DNA of 32,000 bases from Candidatus Celaenobacter antarcticus (GTDB lineage: Bacteria; Cloacimonadota; Cloacimonadia; JGIOTU-2). Under the pieces are notes generated by a model. The model saw only the letters and a list, made by a program, of their open reading frames with translations, did no database searches and was not told where the DNA came from. The stretch spans positions 1,828-33,827 of the forward strand of contig JAVCDK010000106.1 of assembly GCA_030765865.1 (NCBI GenBank). Direction: 5' to 3'. The position numbers and the translations under genes are program-made. Below, in pieces: positions 17,691 through 25,443 of the stretch (positions are counted from its first letter, which is position 1; every line of letters starts with the position of its first letter).

Positions 17691-18629
17691 TTACTCCATT
17701 TTCTTTAGAAACTTATAGTAATCACTATCAGTAGTCATAATAATGGTATTCTTATTATCTATCGTTTTTTCATAAGTTTCAAGAGTTTTCATGAATTCAT
17801 AAAATTCAGGATCTCTGTTATATGCATTTGCATAGATATTGATAGCTGAAGCATCTGCTTTCCCTTTGATCTCTTGGGCCTTCCGATAAGCTTCAGATTG
17901 TATTTGGTCCAGTTCCCTCTGCATTTTACCTAATATTTCGGAAGAATCTCCCTTTCCTTCAGACAGATATTTTGCAGCGATCTTGTTCCTTTCAGAGATC
18001 ATTCGTTCAAACACTTTTGCCTGAACTTCCTGATTATAATTCAATCTTTTGATACGAACATCGATCAGATTGATACCATACTCTGCAACTTTAACTTTTG
18101 CGAGTGCAAAGATGGAATCTGCAATTGCCTGACGTCCAATTATGATTTGTTCTTTGATCACATCTTCCAATTTACTATCTGAATATTCGGAAGTAAATGC
18201 CATTTCTCTGTTGGAACTTCTTATAAGTTCCAGCAATATATTGGAGCTTATGACGTCACGTGTTATTCCACTGATAATGTCATCCAGTCTACTATGTGCA
18301 TTGTATTCATAACGAGTTGTCTCATAAAACTTCAAAGGGTCGACGATCTGCCAGCGCGAAAAAGTATCAAGCCAGATATATCGCTTATCTGAAGTTGGTA
18401 TTTGCTTAGCATCACCGTCCCATTCTAGTATCCTTTTATCAAAATAATGAACCTTCTGGAAAAAAGGGATTTTGATGTGCAATCCGGCATCTTTAATATC
18501 ATCACCTATTGGTTTACCGAACTGAGTGATGATCACCTGTTGTCTTTCATCTATAATATAAAAAGCATTGAATAATACAATAAGCGCTAATATGGATATC
18601 GAAATTAGAAATATATGTAATTTCTTCAT
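17691..18629 (-). CDS. hflC: SPFH/band-7 protease modulator HflC
   Basis: N-terminal TM helix, then QQVIITQFGKPIGDDIKDAGLHIKIPFFQKV. It is adjacent to hflK with a 1-nt gap. Confidence 0.88.
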   Translation of the reverse strand: MKKLHIFLISISILALIVLFNAFYIIDERQQVIITQFGKPIGDDIKDAGLHIKIPFFQKVHYFDKRILEWDGDAKQIPTSDKRYIWLDTFSRWQIVDPLKFYETTRYEYNAHSRLDDIISGITRDVISSNILLELIRSSNREMAFTSEYSDSKLEDVIKEQIIIGRQAIADSIFALAKVKVAEYGINLIDVRIKRLNYNQEVQAKVFERMISERNKIAAKYLSEGKGDSSEILGKMQRELDQIQSEAYRKAQEIKGKADASAINIYANAYNRDPEFYEFMKTLETYEKTIDNKNTIIMTTDSDYYKFLKKME

Positions 18630-18630
18630 C

Positions 18631-19611
18631 TTATTTTCCTCCTTGTTCGAGATTCAGTAGTGGTAATATGCTGCTTTGTTTATCATCAATAATGTATTTC
18701 TTTTCAACATTTGGAAGTATCTTTTCCATCATTTCCAGATAGAGTCTTTTCCTGGTTACAGATTTGGAATAACGATACTCATTGTACATCTGGATAAAGC
18801 GAGTGGCATCACCATTTGCTCTGTTTACTCTATCGATCGCATATCCTTCAGCTTCCTCAACTGTTCTCTTCGATTTTCCTTCAGCTTCCGGGATTACCTG
18901 ATTATATTTTTCCCATGCTTCGTTAATGATCCTTTCTTTTTCCTGTTTTGCTGAATTCACATTATTAAATGCGGGCTGAACTGCTTTAGGTGGATTTACA
19001 TTCTGCATGTTTATCGTAACGATCTCCAAGCCGGCATTATAAATATCAAGCTGCTCTTGAAGCATTACCTGCGACTTATCAGCGATCTCTTTCCTGTTGA
19101 GCACAATAACCTCATCCACGCTGCGGTCTCCAACAACTTCCCTGACCACAGATTCCGATACATCATGCATTGTCTCTTCCACATTCCTAACATTGAACAG
19201 ATATTTTACGGGATCCTTAATTCTGTATTGAACGATCCATTCAACATCTGCAATATTCAGATCACCGGTAAGCATAATTGCTTCCTGGTTATAACTTTGT
19301 GAAGAGTATTTAGTACGAACACCGGCTTGTAATGTTCTAAATCCAAATTCTTCCTTAAAAACATGTTTAACTTTCACTTTTGTAAGTTTATCTACACCAA
19401 ATGGGATCTTAAAATGCAGTCCCGGCTGTGTAGTTGAAAGATATTTTCCAAATCTCTGGATAACACCTACTTCTTCCGGATTTACAGTATACAAACCCGT
19501 AACCAAGAAAACAATCGCTGCCAGGATGATAACACCCACAGTTATCATTCGCTTTGGTATTTTGATCTGCCGAAAATTGATATCCTCGAATTTTTGAAAT
19601 GTTGGTTTCAT
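18631..19611 (-). CDS. hflK: SPFH/band-7 protease modulator HflK
   Basis: TM helix, then EVGVIQRFGKYLSTTQPGLHFKIPFGVDK, and C-terminal EAEGYAIDRVNRANGDATRF. RBS TAGGAGA. Confidence 0.88.
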   Translation of the reverse strand: MKPTFQKFEDINFRQIKIPKRMITVGVIILAAIVFLVTGLYTVNPEEVGVIQRFGKYLSTTQPGLHFKIPFGVDKLTKVKVKHVFKEEFGFRTLQAGVRTKYSSQSYNQEAIMLTGDLNIADVEWIVQYRIKDPVKYLFNVRNVEETMHDVSESVVREVVGDRSVDEVIVLNRKEIADKSQVMLQEQLDIYNAGLEIVTINMQNVNPPKAVQPAFNNVNSAKQEKERIINEAWEKYNQVIPEAEGKSKRTVEEAEGYAIDRVNRANGDATRFIQMYNEYRYSKSVTRKRLYLEMMEKILPNVEKKYIIDDKQSSILPLLNLEQGGK

Positions 19612-19746
19612 TCTATCTCCTAAAACTTTTCACTTTGATTATCTAACAATATTTATGACTTTTTTATTGAATGGTGCCATAAAGTTTGTGCCCATACTCT
19701 TGTCAAGTTAAACATAAGCAATCAAACATTGAGACGAACGACCTCC
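19612..19746 (-). promoter_or_regulatory. Conserved upstream/leader block, copy 2 (upstream of hflK)
   Basis: Direct-orientation homolog of 16139-16277. On the minus strand TTGACA (19706-19701) is followed after 17 nt by TTTATG. Confidence 0.45.
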
Positions 19747-19969
19747 AACATAAAATTATAATTATGAAAATTATGAAAGCTAATTTCATGATTCATAATT
19801 AATTTCTTGCCTCAGAAAATCTATATTGAAAACATTCGCTCCATGAAAAATAGAAATAGTCAATGGCATTCAAATTATGATTTCATTTATGAAATTCCTC
19901 CTCTTGTATTAAAGTTATCCGCACGGTGTATTTACCGGCTCATTCAAGCCGTGTATATCCTCTTATGAG

Positions 19970-20524
19970 TTGTGTTTTGAAGATGTGTGTTCATTTTTAG
20001 GTCATGTGTGCTTGTGCGGAGCTGGTGGTTATAAGCTCGCACAGCTTGCTATTGAAAATTTGAATAATGACTCCCCTATTCTCGAAAAAGACATGTTCAC
20101 TCTTATCAGCAGTCGAGATCATACTATTGGCGATGTTGTTGCCTTCATACTTGGGTGCTCTCGCAGAAAAGACAAACAGAAAAACCAATATTTTATTGAT
20201 GAAAACATAAAAGCAAACAGAAGAGAATATCATTATCAGATCGCATATCCCTCCAATCAAAAAGCTGTAGAAATTATTTATAAGAAGCATCTTCTTGTGG
20301 GTAATGAGCATATGGACGCATTATGGGAAATCGAAAAAGCTCTTAATAAAAAACCTGAAAGTGTGTCTGACCAAGATAAGAAACTCTATCAGAACGCAAT
20401 GGTTACAATGGTGAAGGATGTACTTTTTGACAGGAAACCAGGTTTGTTTGAGGTACAGAAAATATCCTATCCTTTTTTTGAAATGAATATAGAGTTGATG
20501 AAGGGAATTGAGCAAAAAAGATAA
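19970..20524 (+). CDS. FmdE-like domain protein (start uncertain, apparent TTG)
   Basis: FLGHVCLCGAGGYKLAQLAI resembles the FHGHxCPGxxxGxR motif of the FmdE family, and ILGCS resembles the later GCT/S motif. The frame is open only from 19913 with no ATG before the motif, and there is no clear RBS. Confidence 0.5.
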   Translation: MCFEDVCSFLGHVCLCGAGGYKLAQLAIENLNNDSPILEKDMFTLISSRDHTIGDVVAFILGCSRRKDKQKNQYFIDENIKANRREYHYQIAYPSNQKAVEIIYKKHLLVGNEHMDALWEIEKALNKKPESVSDQDKKLYQNAMVTMVKDVLFDRKPGLFEVQKISYPFFEMNIELMKGIEQKR

Positions 20525-20737
20525 AGTGAAGAGTGGGGATTGATGAATGAAGAGAGAAAGGTAAAGGTAGTAACATTATGACGATTGAGTTACTTCGCTC
20601 TGCTCAAACTTATTTAAAATACAAATGAATTCCTATTATTGCATGAATGACATGTCCCTCTTTATTAATTTATAAAATTGTAATATGCATTCTATGTGAT
20701 CTCATTATTCTCTGTGTTTTTCTAAATTCAGAAAATA

Positions 20738-20764
20738 TTTTCGTGTTTTTTCGTGATTTTCGTG
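20738..20764 (+). promoter_or_regulatory. Three direct TTTTCGTG repeats at 10- and 9-bp spacing, ~105-130 bp upstream of the aldehyde dehydrogenase gene
   Basis: TTTTCGTG occurs at 20738-45, 20748-55 and 20757-64. TTGACA lies downstream at about 20816-20821. Confidence 0.4.
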
Positions 20765-20867
20765 GTTACATCATCTCTATTAGACCAAAGTTATCCATGA
20801 TTGTATCTAAAATATTTGACATCACACACAAGCCCAATTTATTCATTTCAAATGAAAGAAGGCAGCA

Positions 20868-22280
20868 ATGAATAATGAATATCCACTTTATATAGGCAAC
20901 ACTGCAGTAAAGACAAAAGAGAAAATAGTTATCACCTGTCCGCATGATAATAAACCTGTCGGAACTGTATCTATCGCTAATGAAACCCACATCCAACAAG
21001 CGATAAAGAAAACTGTAAAATGCTTCGAAATCTCAAAGAACATACCTGCTTACGAACGGTCGGAAATATTACTTTCAATTGCAAAGAACATTGAGAATGC
21101 GTCTGAATCATTAGCAGAGACACTGGCTTTGGAATGCGGAAAAAATATTACATTTGCACGTGATGAAGTGCAAAGAGCGATCCAAACATTTACCCTAGCC
21201 GCTGAAGAAGCAAAAAGAATAGATGGAGAATTTTTCGGTTTGGACAGCGTTCCAAAAGGGGCACGTGCACATGCCTTGGTAAAACGCTTCCCTATCGGAC
21301 CGGTTCTGGGTATCACTCCTTTCAATTTCCCGCTCAATCTTGTTGCTCATAAGGTTGCTCCTGCACTTGCAGTAGGCAACCCGATCATCATAAAGCCATC
21401 TTCTCTCTCACCCATCTCAGCGCTTAATCTTGCCGAGATCGTGACAAAATATGTGCCCAACGGTATGCTGTCTGTGCTTCCATGTTCCGGTTCTTCAATA
21501 ATGAGTGCAGTAAAGAGCGAAGATATAAAAATGATCAGTTTTACTGGCAGTCCTCCTGTGGGCTGGAAGCTCAAAAATCAGTGCGGAAAAAAGAGGATAT
21601 GCCTGGAACTCGGCGGAAATGCAGGGCTTATTATTGACGAGGATACCAACCTCGATGATGCCGTTGAGAAATCAATAATTGGCGGATTTGCCTATGCCGG
21701 ACAGGTTTGCATTCACACACAACGCTTTTTTATTCATGACTCGATCTTTGAAGAGTTCAAAGATAAATTTATAGAAAAAACAAAAGCAATAACTCTGGGT
21801 CACCCGCTCGATGAAAAAGTATTTCTTAATTGCATGATCTCCGAGCAGGAAGCAATCCGAGCAGAGAATTGGATTCAGGAAGCGCTTGAACAAGGAGCAG
21901 AGATTCTGTGCGGAGGAAAAAGAGAAGGCACTAAACTTGAAGCAACGATCCTCACAAATACAAAACCTGATATGAAGGTAGAGAGAAATGAGGTTTTTGC
22001 ACCTGTTGTGACACTTACCCCGTTTAAGGAATTCGAACACGCAGTTGAGATGGTAAATAATTCTATATATGGACTCCAGGCAGGAGTCTTTACCAATAAC
22101 TTGAAGCACATCAAATATGCATTCAAAAAATTGGAAGTTGGTGGAGTGATCATCAATAATACTCCCACCTTCCGAGTTGATCAGATGCCCTATGGAGGAG
22201 TAAAAAATTCCGGGCTTGGACGAGAAGGAGTCCGCTATTCAATTGAAGAAATGACAGAGTTGAAATTACTTGTGATATAA
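20868..22280 (+). CDS. NAD(P)+-dependent aldehyde dehydrogenase family protein (lactaldehyde/GapN-like subgroup)
   Basis: 470 aa. Contains ITPFNFPLNL, the catalytic Glu in LELGGNA, the catalytic Cys in YAGQVCIHTQR, and C-terminal PYGGVKNSGLGREG. Confidence 0.9.
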   Translation: MNNEYPLYIGNTAVKTKEKIVITCPHDNKPVGTVSIANETHIQQAIKKTVKCFEISKNIPAYERSEILLSIAKNIENASESLAETLALECGKNITFARDEVQRAIQTFTLAAEEAKRIDGEFFGLDSVPKGARAHALVKRFPIGPVLGITPFNFPLNLVAHKVAPALAVGNPIIIKPSSLSPISALNLAEIVTKYVPNGMLSVLPCSGSSIMSAVKSEDIKMISFTGSPPVGWKLKNQCGKKRICLELGGNAGLIIDEDTNLDDAVEKSIIGGFAYAGQVCIHTQRFFIHDSIFEEFKDKFIEKTKAITLGHPLDEKVFLNCMISEQEAIRAENWIQEALEQGAEILCGGKREGTKLEATILTNTKPDMKVERNEVFAPVVTLTPFKEFEHAVEMVNNSIYGLQAGVFTNNLKHIKYAFKKLEVGGVIINNTPTFRVDQMPYGGVKNSGLGREGVRYSIEEMTELKLLVI

Positions 22281-22307
22281 TATATACATAAAAAATTATA
22301 TAACACC

Positions 22308-22335
22308 GAAGGCGAGAATACGCATTCTCGCCTTC
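22308..22335. terminator. Hairpin between convergent genes (12-bp perfect stem GAAGGCGAGAAT / ATTCTCGCCTTC, loop ACGC); possible bidirectional intrinsic terminator
   Basis: Read directly. It lies between the ALDH stop (22280) and the minus-strand lipoprotein stop (22358). Flanks are A/T-rich on both sides, but there is no clean U-tract immediately adjacent. Confidence 0.7.
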
Positions 22336-22357
22336 AAATAAAACAAATTTATAAATC

Positions 22358-23968
22358 TTACCAGAAAATCACCTCTCCATCCTCGATAGTAAAAATTCTC
22401 GGATCGGGATGAAGGCACTCCTCTTCTACTTTATATAAAGTTTCCGGATAGTAAAACTCAAATATCAGAGAATCCGCAGTTGCAGTAGTATCAATGATCT
22501 CCTGCCACTCATCTTCAGCCCAGATAAACCAAGTATAAGTGCTGTCAATTTTAACTTTATTGATCCCACCATGTCCGGTTTTTGTCAGCACGAATGCACT
22601 ATCTTTCTTTTCTCGCAGTTCAACTTCACTATTATCAAAATTGATAATTTCTTCCTCTTCATTCAGAATAAAAGGTGTGCCTGCAGGAATGGGTTCATAA
22701 TCGGGTTTCTTTTCATTTTCAACTATTATTGAGTCCACGATTTCATAGAATACGGGAAGATATGCAATATCTCTGCCCATATCAGAGAATGTTACACTCC
22801 TCAAACTATCCACGCTCCCCCAGTGAATGGGCTGCCAATCATTATCATTGAAAACAGCAATGTAGGCAAAGGGCGAACCCTTATATACCTGTACATTCAC
22901 GTCAGAAACCTGCACATATTTATCTGTCACATCCATGAAATTCTTATATCCAAGCCAGGGCGGCGCTTTCATAGAATCAGGAAGTACATCCGCAAGTGTG
23001 TTCGGCTCCTGGGAATAGAGCTTGCGGTATACTTTTGCGATCTTATCCTGTAGATTATACTGACCGGGATTTGCTTCGGAGCCCATAAATGGGATCACCT
23101 CTCCATCAGGCAGAATGATCGCATTCCACGCATGATTATTCGAGCGGTCCGGCCAAAATGGAGTAAAATCACTTGTCAAAGCCAATCCGTTTGCACGCAT
23201 TGCATAGATGGAAAAATTAGTCATATCTTCGCATCTGCCAAATCCATTCTTGAGCATTTCATCTAGTCCTTGGTCCGCAGGGTGATAATAAAATACTTCT
23301 TTAAAAGTAAACATTTTTCTCGCGGAATCATTGATGGAATAGGCAAGCACGAGTGGATCTTCTGTCGGCTCGCGAAAAGAAGCAAACTGATACCAGAAAT
23401 ACAATCTCCAGTTAGATAATGGCTCGGATGAACCTCTGTACGGAAGAATGTATTCCCTGAAATCATCCCAGCTATATTGACTTGTCCATGGCAAAGTTTC
23501 ATACGCAAGAAACGCCATATCAATGTGTGTCATAAGAAGATGGGCTGTAATTGTTTTTACATCTTCCCTCTTTTCGATCAGCTTGTAATGCAGCTCTCCC
23601 AGCTCTTTTTCAAGGGAGTCAATATGTATTTGCACTTCTAATGCAGTATTAAAATCCATCACATTCAGCGGAACTGTATTTCCCAGCGAATCCACAAGTG
23701 CGACATCTGCAAAACAGTGGTCCGGCATGTATGCGATTAGGAACGATGCAGCTTCCAACTTCTGTGGGTCATCTTTATAATGATAGAGAACTTTCAGAAG
23801 CTCCCGTTTATTACTTCCTGCTTCCTCAAGACTCTCAACCACTTTCTCTCTATATTCCTCGGGAATAGATGGTGCTATTTTTTTTACTGAATAGGGCTGC
23901 AAAATCGAACATGAATTGATAATTACAAACAATGCAAATATCAAAAGAAAGTACGTGATCTTTTTCAA
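22358..23968 (-). CDS. Transglutaminase-like (Cys-His-Asp papain-fold) lipoprotein
   Basis: Core GFGRCEDMTNFSIYAMRANGLA....NHAWNAIILPDGEVIPF. I prefer the TTG start at 23968, which has AAGGA 5 nt upstream. It gives MKKITYFLLIFALFVIINSC, a lipoprotein signal with a lipobox Cys. The longest ORF (to 24121) would overlap tldD by 143 nt. Confidence 0.8.
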   Translation of the reverse strand: MKKITYFLLIFALFVIINSCSILQPYSVKKIAPSIPEEYREKVVESLEEAGSNKRELLKVLYHYKDDPQKLEAASFLIAYMPDHCFADVALVDSLGNTVPLNVMDFNTALEVQIHIDSLEKELGELHYKLIEKREDVKTITAHLLMTHIDMAFLAYETLPWTSQYSWDDFREYILPYRGSSEPLSNWRLYFWYQFASFREPTEDPLVLAYSINDSARKMFTFKEVFYYHPADQGLDEMLKNGFGRCEDMTNFSIYAMRANGLALTSDFTPFWPDRSNNHAWNAIILPDGEVIPFMGSEANPGQYNLQDKIAKVYRKLYSQEPNTLADVLPDSMKAPPWLGYKNFMDVTDKYVQVSDVNVQVYKGSPFAYIAVFNDNDWQPIHWGSVDSLRSVTFSDMGRDIAYLPVFYEIVDSIIVENEKKPDYEPIPAGTPFILNEEEEIINFDNSEVELREKKDSAFVLTKTGHGGINKVKIDSTYTWFIWAEDEWQEIIDTTATADSLIFEFYYPETLYKVEEECLHPDPRIFTIEDGEVIFW

Positions 23969-23978
23969 AAAAATCCTT

Positions 23979-25424
23979 TTATTTTCGTACTCCGACTGCG
24001 ACCTTCTTGAATCGGGATGGTGCAGCACCGTGGGACATTTCTGCACGCTGTCCGGGCTGTCCTTTTCCACAATTCGGCACACCCCAAAGCTGCCATTCTT
24101 CCTCACCGCAGATTGCATCACAGCTCTGCCAGAAATGAGGTGTTATTCCCTGATAAGTGGGATTTTTTACCATTCGAACTTTCTTGCCGTTCTTGATCTC
24201 CCAGCCGATTTCTGTGGTAAACTGGAAATTCAAACGACGCTGATCGATGCTCCATGTTTTGTTGGTTTCAACTAAAAGTCCATTCTTTGTACCTGCGATA
24301 AGCTCATCGAGGGTTCCCTGCACAGGCATGAGAGATATGTTTATCATTCTTATCATGGGGATATTACTATATCCGTCCGCGCGGTTACAGCCCCTGCTTC
24401 GAGGATCACTTATCACATGTGCAAGCTCTCTGTTGGTAAGATACATCTTATACAATCCGTTCTGTATCATATGATAGCGCTGTGCACGAACTCCATCATC
24501 ATCATATCCAAAAGTGCCAAGTCCGGTCGGTACAGTTGCATCTGCAACGACGTTTACGATTGGTGAGCCATAATGATAATCCTTATACAGGTCGGTAGTT
24601 AAGAAGCTTGTACCTGCGTAATTTGCCTCCATTCCAAGCACTCTATCAAGTTCCGAGGGATGCCCGATAGATTCATGGATTTGAAGTGCAAGCTGGCTTC
24701 CACCAATGATGAGATCCATATCCCCGACAGGACAGTCAGGGGCTGAAAGCAATGCAACTGCTTCATCGCGTACTCTTTCAGCATTCTCAACAAAAGGTGT
24801 TCCAAGGATGAATTCATAACCCATTTGAGAATACTGACCGCCAAAGGATGCAGGATAGGATCGCACCTGTACATTGGGTCCGTCAACTGCTGTTGCGGAA
24901 TACCCCGAACCACTGCGAAGAAGTATCTGTTCGATAAAAGTTCCTTCAGTTGTTGCAAGCCATTGATGCTCTCTCCAGAAATTCATTCCTGACTCAGCCA
25001 CCTTGATCTTATCATCCTTTCTGAGAATTTCATCGATCTTGAAAAGCAGATCCAGCTTTTCATCAATAGTAACCTTGAAGGGATCAATCAAATACGGTGA
25101 TGTCCAGATGTCATGATGAATAGCTTCCGGAGCAAGACGTACACTGTCTTTTCGAAGCGTTGCCGATGCTTTTGCTATCTCAACTGCACGCTTTGCAACG
25201 ATCTTTATTTCGGATTTTGTGAGAATAGAACTTGAAGCAAATCCCCATGAACCGTTTACAATAACTCGAATTCCAAAACCAAGACTTTCTGTATTGTTCA
25301 GTGTTTCGACTTCCCCATTCTTTACAAGAATTCTCTGGCTTTTTGAAAGAATAATTCGTATGTCCGCATATGATGCACCATGTATCACGGCAGCATCCAA
25401 TGCTAATTGTGTGAGGTCTTTCAT
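23979..25424 (-). CDS. tldD: TldD/PmbA-family metalloprotease (TldD-like)
   Basis: 481 aa. Contains the HExxxH motif in IHESIGHPSELD, the N-terminal YADIRI, and the C-terminal CGKGQPGQ...SHGAAP.RF typical of TldD. RBS AGGAG. Confidence 0.85.
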   Translation of the reverse strand: MKDLTQLALDAAVIHGASYADIRIILSKSQRILVKNGEVETLNNTESLGFGIRVIVNGSWGFASSSILTKSEIKIVAKRAVEIAKASATLRKDSVRLAPEAIHHDIWTSPYLIDPFKVTIDEKLDLLFKIDEILRKDDKIKVAESGMNFWREHQWLATTEGTFIEQILLRSGSGYSATAVDGPNVQVRSYPASFGGQYSQMGYEFILGTPFVENAERVRDEAVALLSAPDCPVGDMDLIIGGSQLALQIHESIGHPSELDRVLGMEANYAGTSFLTTDLYKDYHYGSPIVNVVADATVPTGLGTFGYDDDGVRAQRYHMIQNGLYKMYLTNRELAHVISDPRSRGCNRADGYSNIPMIRMINISLMPVQGTLDELIAGTKNGLLVETNKTWSIDQRRLNFQFTTEIGWEIKNGKKVRMVKNPTYQGITPHFWQSCDAICGEEEWQLWGVPNCGKGQPGQRAEMSHGAAPSRFKKVAVGVRK

Positions 25425-25443
25425 TGAAAACTCCTTTCACTCA

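Noticed and set aside
21672-22109. 145-aa and 97-aa minus-strand ORFs inside the aldehyde dehydrogenase gene
   Set aside because: They are antisense shadows; the plus-strand frame carries all ALDH catalytic motifs.
23969-24121. 51-codon N-terminal extension of the transglutaminase-like gene
   Set aside because: It overlaps the tldD 3' end in another frame. The TTG at 23968, with AAGGA upstream, yields a textbook lipoprotein signal peptide.
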